Assembly (NCBI RefSeq): GCF_009914755.1
Contig: NC_060940.1
Length of the DNA stretch: 64,000 bases
Reading direction: 5' to 3' (one strand)
Origin: the human T2T-CHM13v2.0 reference genome, Homo sapiens
Under the pieces are notes generated by a model that saw only the letters and a list, made by a program, of their open reading frames with translations, did not search any database and had not been told where the DNA came from. Below, piece after piece: positions 1 to 15,710 of the stretch. Made by a program: the position numbers and the translations under genes. How positions within the stretch are numbered: position 1 is the stretch's first letter; every line of letters starts with the position of its first letter.

Positions 1-1428
1 TTTGGTGTAAAAATGAGATGCAGCTTGCAAGCTGAGATGGGAGATGAATTCAGCCTGTGGAAAAATAGAAGACACTGCCATGTTGCTGGAGTGCAGAAAA
101 AATGTCAGCACAGAATAAGTTACAGCTTGATCCTGGTAGCCGATTCAATGCTTCTCCCATCTCATTTATTCGGTCTCAACCCCTTACTAGCTGTATCATT
201 TTAGGGAAGTCAGTCTTATTTATTTTCCAGCAATGGTCAGCTGTTTGAGTGTAGGAAAAGGACAGAGTAAGAAAGGACAGGTATTTGAATTTAAGTAGGG
301 CTGGGGTCATGTGAGACAAGTAAAATAAAAAGAAAGAGGGGCAAGGGAGTTGAGGGTCTTTCCAAAGGAGTAGCTAAAATGCACCATAAAATTGAATCTG
401 GATATGAATGGAGTAAAAGCAAGAGGGAATAGGGAGATCAAGAGAATGTGTTGGGTTCGAGGGACTGATTGGTGGAGAATGGACTGACGAATAGGGGAAG
501 ATTTATTGCAGTAGAATAATAGAACTAATGAATTGGAAAAATAGAAATTGGTGTAAGATAGTAGGGTACTTGAAACTGAGATTGAGAAAGTGGTATAATT
601 TCTGGGATAATAGGCTCCAGAGCGTGACCATGGTAGGAGATAACTATGATTGGGGGTGAGCAAAGGTTGCAGGAAGTGAGGGGGTGCTTTCTCTCCTACT
701 TTCCAATATTCTTTCTTCTAATCTGTTTTTCTTGTTATCTTGAGTTTACAAAATTTCTGGTTTTATTTATGCTGTGGATATTTTTCCAGCCTTTTCCCTA
801 TGGGCTGTCTGGGTGCAGGTTATGGGTGATACATGGGTAATAGGTGCATCTTGGTTTAGAGGGTAACTCTTTATTTCTTACTGCACTTATGGAACACGAG
901 AAAAAAAAGTATTAAATAATGGCTATGGTAATGGATATCTTTGTCTTATTCCTTACTTTAATGGAATTGCATTTATCATGAACCATGGTGCTGTTATTTC
1001 AGATAGCCTTTATCCTGTTAAAATTCTCTGCTGTTTCTAGATAACTACAATGATCTTATGGTTTTCTTCTTTGATCTATAAATATGATGAATATATTGAA
1101 AATAGATTTCCTAAGATTGAACCATCTTTGCATTCCTGATAGGAGTCATTATGTATTCACCTTTTAGCAGATAGTTAGAGTCGATTTGGATTGAATGTAT
1201 TACTGTGGATTGTTCTACTGTAAGTGAGATGATTGACATTGTATCCTTAAGAGCTGTGCAATTCTCATTTTCTAGTCTGCTTCCATTGACTACCTGCATT
1301 ACTGGTTTCTGAATTGATTCCTAATTAACTACTTCCTGTTTCTCCAAGCTGATGATTTAGTCTCCCTCATCCTTTCTATAGCCAGTTGCATCTTCACTGC
1401 TGATTCCCTGCCTCCTTTTCTCCTGTAA

Positions 1429-1782
<354 letters not shown>

Positions 1783-1802
1783 TAATTCTTCCTTTCTTTA
1801 GC

Positions 1803-2313
1803 TTTTTCTTTTTGAATGGAGGTAAAATTAACGTAACATAAAATTAACCATTAACTGTTTTTAAACGTACAATTCAGTGACATTTATAGAATATTCACAG
1901 TGTTGGACAACCATCATCTCTATCTAGTTCTCAGAAATTTTCATCACCTCTAAAAGAAACCCTGTACTCATTAAGCAGTCACTCCCCATTTCCCTTTCCC
2001 TCCAGCCTCTGGCAACTATTAATAGTAGTCTACTTTCTGTCTCTATGGATTTACCTGTTTGGGATGTTTCATGTAAATGGAATCATACAATATGTGACCT
2101 TTTGTGTTGGGGTACACAAATGTTCATAGCAGCAGTATTCACAACAGCCAAAAAGTGGAAACAACCCAACTATGCATCAACTGCTGAATGGATAAACAAA
2201 ATGTGGGATATCTATACAATGGAATATTATTCAGTCATGCAAAAAAATGAAGTGCTGATACATGCTATAATGTGGTGAACTTTGAAAACGTTATGCTAAA
2301 TGAAAGAAGCCAG
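1803..2313 (-). mobile_element. Old L1 (L1MB-like) 3' fragment with inverted 5' portion
   Basis: 1803-2107 is antisense L1 3' UTR; 2113-2313 is the adjacent L1 segment in sense orientation (MFIAAVFTTAKKWKQP, ORF2 C-terminus). Confidence 0.8.
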
Positions 2314-2472
2314 CCTTTCCTGTGGGCTTTGTGGAAAATAAGCTTAGAAAACTTACAGTTAATCTTGGTATGGGAAGAGCAGTGTAAAAGTCAGAAATCC
2401 ATTTTTAACCAACACAGACCAGAGTTGACATCTTATCAGCCCATCTCATTTTGTGCACTGCTTCAGCTATAG

Positions 2473-2763
<291 letters not shown>

Positions 2764-3930
2764 TAAGTGGAAATGACTGCAGTGAGCATGGGTGGTGGAG
2801 GTTGGGTTATGTGCCACCTGAGATCAGGGAGTTCCTCCTCCCTTAGCTCCTGTTTCCTTCCTTCCCTACCTCCCTCCTTTTCTGTCTTCTCCATCCCTCA
2901 CTCCTATCTTTCCCTCCCTTCTTTTCCATCTGCAATTTTGTATTGTGAGCCAAGAAAAAAAATTAGAGCTATTTTTTTAATAGAGATGAGAATGCCTGTG
3001 GTGTGGGGGAGTGGGTAGGACAGGAAATGGTGTGATGTGTTGCTAAGTGAAGGCAAGTTGTGGGAGAAATGATGGGGCTCAGCAAATAGGGGAACATAAC
3101 CTACAGGGTGTGGTGACAGCCTCTCTAGAGTTGGGTTTATGGATGATGCTTGGCCTGCAGCCTTCTGGGACATCTCCACCAGCCTCCCTTGAGGGTCTTC
3201 CCTGGCCAGGGCTCCAAGAATCTGGGAGTCTCTTTCTTGTACATCTAGGCATCAGGAGTTGGTTATAACAGCCAATTCACTGAGCATATATGATGTGTGA
3301 CAAACACTGGGTTAAGCGATCCGACTTCATCGGCTCATTTTATTCCCAATGTAGCAATAGGGCTTATAGAGGTTAAAGAGTATGCCCAAAGTCCCATAGC
3401 AAATATGGGGTGGAGTGGGATTCAGCTTCTGGCAGTCTGACTTTAGCGGTCATACTTTTTTAGCCACCAGCTAGAAGCACAGTTCCTTGTCCTGTCTCCT
3501 CTTCCCTCTCTCAGGGCAAAGCTGGGCCCCTTCTCAGCCTCAGTCAAGGACATGTCTCAGAACAGACAATTTCCCCAGGATTTTTCTCCATGCATTTCCT
3601 CAGCCTCATTCTCAACCCACCTGTGTGCAGATATACACATGTACACACCCAATTATGCAATTGATATCTGTATTTCTTATAGGCAATAGGAATTCCTGAA
3701 TATCCTGAACCCTATTAAGACATAAGATAACAAAAGTAGTTAGAACTGTTCTTGTCATAGCCAGTCTAAGACCTCTGCCTGTTTAAGCCACAGGCTGTCA
3801 AACAGAAAAAGCTCTCACTCCCTGGAGAGCTAGCCTGGGATGGAAACTGAATATGTTTCTTTCAGCAGCTTGTAATCTTTAAAACTTTCTACCTCCAGGT
3901 CTTGTCCTCTTGTACATTTATTCTGCTTGA

Positions 3931-4113
<183 letters not shown>

Positions 4114-4298
4114 TAAGTAAGATTTTGCCTTGAAAGCTACCATACAGCTTGCTCCATCAAACACGGGGTCAAGTATGTTTTCCTTTTTCTCCAAAAATTG
4201 AAATACTAAAACAGAGTCCCAAAGTGAAGTCTGGTTGATTGGATCTGCCTTGCAGATATGTTTTGTTTGGTCCTTGTACTAAAAACAAAAAAGAAAGA

Positions 4299-4580
4299 GG
4301 CCAGGCCTCGTGTCTGACACCTGTCATCCCAGCACTCTGGGAGGCCGAGGCAGGTAGATCACTTGAGCTCAGGAGTTTAAGACCAGTCTGGGCAACATGG
4401 TGAAACCCCATCTCTATCAAAAACATGAAAAATTAGCTGGGCATGGTGGTGTGTGCCTGTAGTTCCAGCTACTCAGGAGGCTGAGATGGGAGGATCACTT
4501 GAACCCTGGAGGCAGAGGTTGCAGTGAGCAAGGTGGTCAGAGATTGAGCCACTGCACTCCAGCCTGGGTGACAGAGTGAT
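4299..4580 (+). mobile_element. AluJ-like element whose tail became a purine-rich microsatellite
   Basis: Dimeric Alu with J-type cttgagctcaggag; runs directly into the GA/GGAA repeat. Confidence 0.9.
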
Positions 4581-4786
4581 AAAAAAGAAAGAGAGAGAGA
4601 GAGAAGGAATGAAGGAAGGGAGGGAGGAAGGAAGGAAGGAAGGAAGGAAGGAAGGAAGGAAGGAAGGAAGGGAAGGAAGAAAAAGGGAAAGGGAAAGGAA
4701 GAAGAAAGAAAGAAGAAAGAAAGACGGAAAGCAGGAAGGAAGGAAGGGAGGAAGGGAAGGAGGGACAGAAGGAGGGAGGGAGGGAA
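4581..4786 (+). repeat. Compound purine microsatellite including perfect (GGAA)11 at 4626-4669
   Basis: Direct count of units; flanked by (GA)n, GGGA and GAAA variants. Confidence 0.97.
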
Positions 4787-4950
4787 TTAGTTCTAGTATT
4801 TTAAAAATCTGGGGCTAGAAGGCAACAATTGAGAACAGTTGAATAGTTAATGCCCCCTTTAGACAGGACATGGATTTTCTATTTGTCACCGTCCTCACCA
4901 CTCCCTATTTTATTACATCTGGGCCAATTTACTAAACTACATGATGAGAC

Positions 4951-6260
4951 TGTAACTGCCCAGTGGCTTCTTTGTGCCTGCTGCCCAGACAGAGCCGATT
5001 TATCAAGATGGGAGAATTGCAATAGGGAAAGAGTTTTACACACATAGAGCCAGCTAAATGGGAGAACAGAGTTTTTTTATGACTCAAATCAGCCTCCCTG
5101 AAAATTTGGAAGCTAGGGCTTTTCAAAGATAGTTTGGCAAGGAGTAGGGTGGCTAGGGAATGGGTGCTGCTGACTGGTTGGGGATGCAGTAATAGGGGTG
5201 TGAAAAATGGTCCTCGTGCACTGAGTCCACTTCTGGGTGGGGCCACAGGACTAGTTGGCAGGTCCAGGTGGGGCAGTCTGGTTGTCAGGAAGGCAAAAGC
5301 CTGAAAAGACATCTCAAAAGGCCAATCTCAAGTTCTACAGTAGTGATGTTATCTGTAGGAGTAACTTAGGAAGTTGGAAGTGTTGTGAGCTCTGGGATAA
5401 AGGCTGATAATAATCCATGTCTACATCTTAGCAGAATTCAGGCTCCTGTCATTCTCCTAACTTGGCAATATTTCATTAGTTTTACAAAGGCAGTTTAGTT
5501 CTGGGAAAGGGCTGTCATCATTTAAAATATACAACAAATTTCTTTCAAAGTTAGGTTGGCGGTCTGGTCGGGGTGGAGCCATTGGTTACGAGAAATGCAA
5601 AAAAACCTGAAGAGACGTCTCAAAAGGCCAGTCTACAATAGTGATCTTATCTGCGGGGGTCATTGGGAAAGTTGCAAATCTTGTGACCTCTGGAATAATG
5701 GCTGGTAATCCTTTATGTCTACACCTTAGCAGAATTCAGGCTCCTCTCATCCTCCTAACCTCATGGTCCCTCATTAGCTTTATGAAGGTAGTTTAGTTTT
5801 GGGCAAGGGCTATTATCATTTAAAATGTACACTAGGCCGGGCGCAGTGGCTCACCCCTGTATTCCCAGCACTTTGGGAGGCCGAGGTGGGTGGATCACGA
5901 GATCGGGAGATCGAGACCATCCTGGCCAACATGGTGAAACCCTGTCTGTACTAAAAATACAAAAATTAGTTGGGTGTGCTGGCATGTGAGGATCACTTGA
6001 ACCAGGGAGGCGGAGGTTGCAGTGAGCCGAGATCATGCCACTGCACTCCAGCCTGGGTGACAGAGCAAGACTCCATCTCAAAATAAAATGAAATAAAATA
6101 AAATAAACACTAAATTTGTCACAAAGTTAACTTGGCCCGAGCCCAGGAAAGCGTAAGGGCAGTTTGGAGGTTAAAGGCAAGCTGGGGGTTGGTTAGATCA
6201 AATCTCTTTCACTGACGTCATCATTTTCTCCCTGTTACAATTTCTGCAAAGACAGTTCCA
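4951..6260 (-). mobile_element. ERV1 solo LTR (LTR8-family) with ~300-bp internal duplication and inserted Alu (5835-6106, +)
   Basis: TG...CA ends (tgtaactgcc...gacagttcca), imperfect 4-bp TSD agac/tgac, homologous to the LTRs at 10514 and 50885. Confidence 0.8.
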
Positions 6261-6471
6261 TGACTGGCTCCATGGACACTAGAGTGGCTTGTACACTTCA
6301 CCTGAAAGATATGAGCAACCCACTGTCAGATGGTGTCTGGGAAGCTACCGCTTCCTTGGGAGTCCTTAGCAAGTCTGGCCACAGATCATAGATGTACTGG
6401 GGTGTTGTTTTCATAGTCAGCTGCTGTGTCTCCTTTGTCCTGAAGATTTTATTTTGCTCCCTTCCTATGGC

Positions 6472-6478
6472 AAAAAAA

Positions 6479-6538
<60 letters not shown>
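6472..6538. repeat. (A)25(TA)21 compound microsatellite
   Basis: Direct count. Confidence 0.97.
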
Positions 6539-6541
<3 letters not shown>

Positions 6542-6830
6542 TCCAATGTTACCAACAGAGAGGCTGGGTAAGCCCCCTTGGCAACTGTTTCACAGTTAAC
6601 TGAGTCAAGGAGTCAGAAGAAATAGCTTAACCTGGCACTATAACTTTGGGAGAAGTGGCAATTGGGCTGCTATTACTTCTTTAAGATAAATTGTCTCATA
6701 TCTGAATTGTCTCATTCAGGACCTTTTCAGCTTCAAGTGAAAGAAAATAAAAATCAAACTGGTTTAGCGAGAAAGAGATGTGTCCTTTGGACCACACACA
6801 CATCTTTCCTTTCCATTGTTCACCTTATGA

Positions 6831-7168
<338 letters not shown>

Positions 7169-7375
7169 ATCTTAGGCTTTTCTTGAAACATATATTGAGT
7201 GTCCACTAGGTGCTGGTCACTAGAAACACATGGAGGTATAAGACAGACATGACTTCATGGAGCTTAGCTTATGGCAGAGGGTGGGTTGGGGAGATAAACA
7301 TTGAACAAGGAATTACGCAAATGACAAATCAATGACAACATGATGGAAGATGTGAAGAAGACAGGAGCTGAGAGT

Positions 7376-7994
7376 TTTGAACCCAAAAGTATCTGAGACA
7401 GATTTCAATCAGTTTAGAAAGTTTATTTTGCCAAGGTTAAGGATGTGCCAGTGACACAGACTCAGGAGATCCTGATGACATGGGCCCAAGGTGGATGGGG
7501 TACAACTTGCTTTTATACATTTTAGGGAGACGTAAGACATCAATCAATACATGTGAGATTTACATTGGCTCAATCTGGAAAGGCAGGACAACTAAAAGTG
7601 GGACGGGGAGGTGCTTCCGGGTCATAGGTAGATTTTACAATTTTCTGATTGGCAATTGGTTGAATGAGCTGTTATCAATAGAAAGGAATGTCTGGGTTAC
7701 ATAAGGAGTTGTGGAGACCAAAGTTTTATCATGAAGATGAAGCCTCCAGGTAGCAGGCTTCAGAGAGACTAGATGGTAATTGTTTCTTATCAGACTTAAG
7801 GTCTGTGTTGATGTTAATGCTGGTTGGCTTTTCCTGAATTCCAAAAGGAAGGGGATATAATGAGACATCGTGTCTGACTCTCCCTTCTCATCATGGCCTG
7901 AAACAGTTTTTCAGGTTAACTTTGGAATGCCCTTGGCTGAGAGAAGGGGTCCATTTACATGGCTAGGGGGCTTAGAATTTTATTTTGGTTTACA
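7376..7994 (-). mobile_element. ERV1 solo LTR, MER4A1-like
   Basis: Reverse complement begins tgtaaaccaaaataaaattctaagccccc; imperfect TSD gagt/gaat. Confidence 0.8.
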
Positions 7995-8217
7995 GAATGT
8001 ACCCCAAAAGAGTTGTGTTAAAGCACAATTCACAAATGGTTAAAAACATAGTTCTCATAAGATAGATAATGGGCATTAATGGGCATTGGCCAAAGATTTC
8101 CTTAGCTCACTAAGGAGAAAAGCAGCAGGATGAATGAATGATTCCACAGAAGGTTTGATAAACTGATGTTCGTGTAGTCAGTAGAAAAAGATATGCTGAA
8201 ATAACTTTGCTCAGTTA

Positions 8218-8580
<363 letters not shown>

Positions 8581-9188
8581 CTAAAAGTTAACATGTATCT
8601 TTGCAGACTAGGGAGGCCATCTGGGGCTGACCTGATGGTGAATAATAAACTAAACAAAGTAATATTACTGTGAGGAAAGAAATAGCTAATTAGAAAATGC
8701 TCTAGCATGACATTAAAAGTTCACACGGTCATCTTTTTGGTTTTCTTTTTCCCCCAAGCTTTGGATATTTTTCCCTAACATGCAAATGACTTGACTTTGC
8801 AGGGTGTACATCAGTTACTCACAGTGGATGTTTCATTCTCATTTTAAATCAAACTTAAAGAGGTTAAAGAGAAAGAATGCATGATCCTCAGGGGGTATCA
8901 GTGTGACAGGAGGAAACATAATAATAATAATTATAATAACAATAGCTACTACTCATTGACTCTTAATAGATGCCAGGCTCTGGGTTGAGCTTTTCCAGAT
9001 GTCGTGGAGTCACAATTTTACACAGCACTGATCAGGTGTGCAGAAAAAATAAAGCTTATTTCTTTTCTATAATGGACTTAGACTTTCTCATGCACTTTTG
9101 TGAGCTCCTGGTGACCGAGGAGAAGGGACTCTATATGCTGCATGTGGTACTTTCTGAGCTTCACTGTTTCACTTTTCTGACTGGTCAC

Positions 9189-10152
<964 letters not shown>

Positions 10153-10513
10153 TTCCTAAACCAGCGCCCACTGAAGTGGGACTGGTCCCACCTAGCTTTG
10201 GGGCATCATTCTGGCTTTGTGCTGAAGATCCTGGCCTGTTGCTTCTCCTTGTGAGTTCCCTCCATGCAGCACCCTCTCTGTCCCACTCATAGGCCACTGC
10301 TGGGCCTGGTTCAGGGAGGCCAGGAACCTGCCTGAGTCCTCCCCCTGAGGAGTCTTTTCTGCTCCTTCTGCTGCTGCTGGAATGATGTTGCCTGGTGCAT
10401 GGATAGGTCTCTGGCCAGCGTTCCAGCCGAGGAGGAGGGAAACCCACCTCTCCCCACCACCTGTCCTTTCTCCTTCCCAAGGTTCTCCAAGCCCCAAAGG
10501 GAGGGGCTTCTCC

Positions 10514-11580
10514 TACAATCACCCAATGAGTTCATCTAGAGCTGATTCACTGAGACGGCAATATTTTAGCAGAGAAAGAGTTTAATAAACACAGTGCCAG
10601 CCAAGCTGAAGGATGGGAGTTTATTACTCAAATCAGCCTCCTCCAAAATTCAAAGACTAGGGTTTTTCAAGGACAGTTTAGTGGTAAGTGGGGGCTAGGG
10701 AATGGGGAATGCTGATTGGTGGGTTGAGAGTGAAATCATAGGGGGTCAAAGCTGTCTTCTCATGTTGAGTCAGTTCCTGGGTGAGGATCACAAGACCAGG
10801 TAAGCCAGTTTCGTTGTATGGATTCCCAGTCTGGGTTGCACCAGCTGGTCCATCAGAATGCAGGGTCTGGAAAATATTTCAAACACCAATTTTAGGTCTA
10901 TAATAGTGATTTTATCTATAGGAGCAATTGGGGAGATCCTGAATCTTGTGACCTCTGGCTACATGTCTCTGGAGCCAGAATTCTAACTTTGTGGCTAATA
11001 TGTTAGTTTTACAAAGGCAGTTTTAGTCCCCAAGCAAGGAGATGGTTAGTTTTGGGAAGGAGCTGTTATCGTCTTTGTTTTAAAGTTAAACGAATGGCCA
11101 GGTGTGGTGGCTCATATCTGTAATCCCCGCACTTTGGGAGTGCCAAGGTGGGAGGATTGCTTCAGTTCGGGAGTTAGAGACCAGCTTGGGCAACAATGAG
11201 ATCCTGTCTCAACAAAAAATTTAGCCAGGCATGGCGGCATGCACCTGTGCTCCCAGCTACTCAGGAGCCTGAGGTGGGAGGATCACTTGGGCCCAGGAGG
11301 TTGAGGCTGCAATGAGCTGTGATTGTGTCATCGCACTCCAGCCTAGGCAATGGAGAAAGACCCTGTCTCAAAGTAAATAAAGAAACAAATACAAATAAAA
11401 AATGAAGTTGAACTGAAACTAACTTCTTCCCATAGTTAGCTTGGCCTAGGCCCAGGAATGGACAAGGATAGCTTGGAGATTAGAAGCAGATGGAGTTAGT
11501 TAGGTCCGATTTCTTACACTGTCATAGCTTTTCTATGTCATATTTCTCTTACTGTCATAATTTTTGCAAAAGTGGTTTAA
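10514..11580 (-). mobile_element. ERV1 solo LTR (LTR8-family) interrupted by AluJ (11096-11405, +)
   Basis: Perfect 4-bp TSD CTCC (10510-10513, 11581-11584); homologous to the 4951 and 50885 LTRs. Confidence 0.82.
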
Positions 11581-12723
11581 CTCCCACACATGCCATATCC
11601 TTCTTCCTGGGCTAGTGCCTGCCTTGTCTACTCCCCTAAGGCTGAGAGCAGGGAAGAAAAAAACGGCTTAAGAATAGGGATAGTGTATCAGGAGTAAGCC
11701 CAAAATATTACTGCATTTACACTTAGATGATCATTTAATTCTCCAGTTATTCTAGGTTTCATCATTTCCAAGGCTCAGAATAGTTCAGCAGTGTGTTAGG
11801 GATACACAGCTTGTAAGCAACGGTGCTGGGTTCAGGTCCAGATTTCTATGATGCCAGAGCCTAAGCATATACAAATTCCATTCTGCCTCCTGATACAGGG
11901 TTAGGTGGAAGGCTAGAGGGTAGACAGCTGGGATTTTATTTTGGCTTTCCTGACTGGATGGATGCTTTGTGACCTCAGGTGAGCCACTTCACCTCTCTGT
12001 ACTACAGCTTTCACAGCAGATATGCCACCCATCAGATTGATTACAACACCCCCTGTCCTCCATCCACCACTTAGGATAGCTGTGAAGTTGATGACATAAT
12101 AGTTGGAAGGGAACTTTTCCAAAATAAAAGCCCTCTGCAGATTTTTGCAGATAAAAGTCCTCCTCAGATTTACGGCCAAGACATTTGCGATGCTGTCTTG
12201 ACTGTAAATGGACCAGATCCTAGACATTTGGATTCTTGCCCCTGGGATTCTTTGAACATTATGTGATCTTGAGCAAGTCTCACACCCTTTCTGAAACTCA
12301 GATTCACCATTTAGAAGGGGATGGGCTCCATCAGCTCTTCTGTTGTGCTGTAATTGAAGACCGTGTGGCAGAAACAGCAGATGCAGCTGTGGAAGCTATC
12401 AGATGTGGTGCACCAGCCCCAGGCCCCCTGTCTGCCTCTTGGCCAACTGCCCTGTATCTGTTGACAAATCCGCCTCTTTGTTTCTAATTTTGTTTATTTA
12501 TACTGTCTCCTTTCTTTCCCCTTCATTTTCCAGAGGTTCATCTGTTTTATTTACTTATTTATTTTCTTCAAGGAATTAACTCTGGGATTTGTGTATCAAT
12601 TTTGTTTGTTTTCTCCTTTTCTGTAGGTTTATTTTGTGTTTGGCTTTGACTTTCAGTTGAACATTTTACTAATTTATTTTTTCTTCTTTCGCCTGACTCT
12701 GCTCTTTAAAAATAATGAATAGC

Positions 12724-13003
12724 TTTTTTGTTTGTTTGTTTTGAGACGGAGTTTTGCTCTGATGCCCAGGCTGGAGTGCAGTGGCACAGTCTCTGCAGGT
12801 TCAAGCGACTCTCCTGACTGAGCCTCTTGAGTAGCCAGGATTACAAGTGCCTGCCACCACACCCGGCTAATTTTTGTATTTTTAGTTGAGACAAGGTTTC
12901 ACCATGTTGGCCAGGCTGGTCTCGAACTCCTGACCTCAGGTCATCCTCTCACTTCGGCCTCCCAAAGTGTTGGGATTACAGGTGTGAACCACCGCACGTG
13001 GCC
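12724..13003 (-). mobile_element. AluS with small internal deletion
   Basis: Alu body; TSD-like aaaaataatgaa on both sides. Confidence 0.9.
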
Positions 13004-13384
13004 AAAAATAATGAACAAGCATTTAAGGGAATAAATGTTTCCTCTAAGTTTTGATATGCTAACATTCTGGCTTTTGCTACTTCCTTGAGGGCCTGCAGTT
13101 GAGGTTTTAGTTTCTTTTCTAACATGCTTTAATTTAGGCATTTTTTTTAACCCCTAGAATTAGATTTTTGTTTAAATTTTTAATATTAATGTTAAGTTAC
13201 TGTTTTAGTGCTTTCAAGTTAGAGAATATGGCCTGTGCACTTTTCTTTTTCCCTCCTGTTTTCTCTCCTTTCTTTCAGCATAGCTTAGTATTTGTTCAAT
13301 GTTGTTAAAAGTTCTGTGGACTTGCAAGAAAAAGATTATATTAGCTATTCGTAGAGTATACTTTTTTGTGGAGAAAGAATAAAC

Positions 13385-13600
13385 CTTTTTTCAACTTTTA
13401 TTTTAGATTCACGGGATACATGTACAAATTTGTTACCTGGGTATATTGCATGATGCTGAGGTTTGGGGTATGAATGATTCCGTCACCCAGGTACTGAGCA
13501 TAGTACCCAACAGTTAGTTTTTCAATCCTTGTCTTCCCCTCCCCTCTCCCCTCTACAGTTCCCAGTGTCTGTTGTTGTCATCTTTATGTCCATGAGTGTA
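13385..13600 (-). mobile_element. L1PA (older primate) 3' end fragment
   Basis: ttttcaacttttattttagattc...ttgttacctgggtatattgcatgatgctgaggtttgg, L1PA 3' UTR motif. Confidence 0.8.
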
Positions 13601-13647
13601 GGGTATACATTTATTCATTCCAATGTATTATAAGGTCCAGATCTTTT

Positions 13648-13934
<287 letters not shown>

Positions 13935-14179
13935 TAAGGTCCAGATCTTTTATACCTTCATATTGTCCTTTTGTTTGCTTGAGCTAAATGTGTAGTGTTT
14001 ATTAAGTTTCTTCAGGCAAAATGATTCACAAACATTCTTTTTATTTCTAGGGGTTTTTGCCTTATCTGTATATGGCAATATTATTAACCACATAACTCTA
14101 CAAGTCTTATTATATTGACATGAAGTTATCTTTGTTGCAGCTAATGCGTTTTCTCTATAATTTTACTTTGTTGCTGGCA

Positions 14180-14740
14180 TTCATTCATTCATTCATTGAA
14201 TATACACAGTGAGCACCTGCTGTGCTGAAGAGACACTAATGAGCAAAACAGACAAGAATCCGTGGCCTCATGGAGTTTTCTTTTTAGTTGAAGAAAAATA
14301 AACAACAATTGTAAATGAACAAAAATAAGTAGTAAAACATGGCATGTTTGAGGCTGATAAGTGTCATAGAGAAAAGTAAACAAGAAATGGGGACAAGGAA
14401 TCTTGGGGAGTGGAGATGTTCAGATTTTATAGGGAACTCAGGAAAGAACTCACTGAAAAGGTAACATAGAGCAAAGATCTAAAGCAGGTGAGGAGGGAGC
14501 TGTGTGGATATCTAGGGAGAGGTTGTCTTAGGCAGAGAGGACGGCAAGCTCAAAGGCCCTGGGGCAGGAGTGCACCCGGCAAGTTGGAAGAGCAGTAAGG
14601 AGACTCCTGTAGCTGGAGCTGGATCCATGAGGGGAGAGTGGAGGAGGATTAGGTCTTGGAGGATATGGGGAGAGGGTTGGCGGATCCTGTCGGCCTTGTC
14701 AGGACTTTGTCTTCTACTCTGAAGAACACGGGGAGCCAAG
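14180..14740 (-). mobile_element. L2 3' fragment
   Basis: (ttca)n tail, gagcacctgctgtg, caaaggccctggggcaggag motifs. Confidence 0.75.
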
Positions 14741-14848
14741 GAATTAATGAGATTGAACTGACCTTTGCATATGTCCTCTAGTTGTGGTGTGGTCGATCCC
14801 TTTTCCCTAGTAGGTCCTTTCCCATTCTTTTATGTCTAATCTTTCTAA

Positions 14849-15190
<342 letters not shown>

Positions 15191-15710
15191 TTTTTTTCTT
15201 TTTTTTTTTAAATTTTACTTTAAGCTCTGGGATACATGAACAGAAAGTGCAGGTTTGTTACATAGGTATACATATGCCAGGTGGTTTGCTGCACCTATCA
15301 ACCTGTCATCTAGATTTCAAGCCCCGCGTGCATTAGGTATTTGTCTTAATGCTCTCCCTCCCCTTGCCCCTCACCCCCTAACAGGCCCCGGTGTGTAATG
15401 TTCCCTTCCTTGTGTCCATGTGTTCTCATTGTTCAACTTATGAGTGAGAACATGCAGTGTTTGGTTTTCTGTTTCTGTGTTAGTTTGCTGAGAATGATGG
15501 TTTCCAGCTTTATCCATGTCCCTGCAAAGGACATGAACTCATCCTTTTTTATGGCTGCATAGTATTCCATGGTGTATATATGCCACATTTTCTTTATCCA
15601 GTCTATCATTGATGGGCATTTGGGTTGGTTCCAAGTCTTTGCTATTGTAGCTAGTGCTGCAATAAACATACATGTGCATGTGTCTTTATAGTAGGATGAT
15701 TTATAATTCT
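15191..15710 (-). mobile_element. L1PA (approx. PA7/PA8-like) 3' fragment
   Basis: Antisense ORF MFIAALATIAKTWNQPKCPSMIDWIKKMWHIYTMEYYAAIKK is the L1 ORF2 C-terminus, followed by 3' UTR and tail. Confidence 0.92.

Noticed and set aside
2045-2278. ORF with MFIAAVFT...W motif (also 15433-15669)
   Set aside because: L1 ORF2 C-terminal remnants, not genes.
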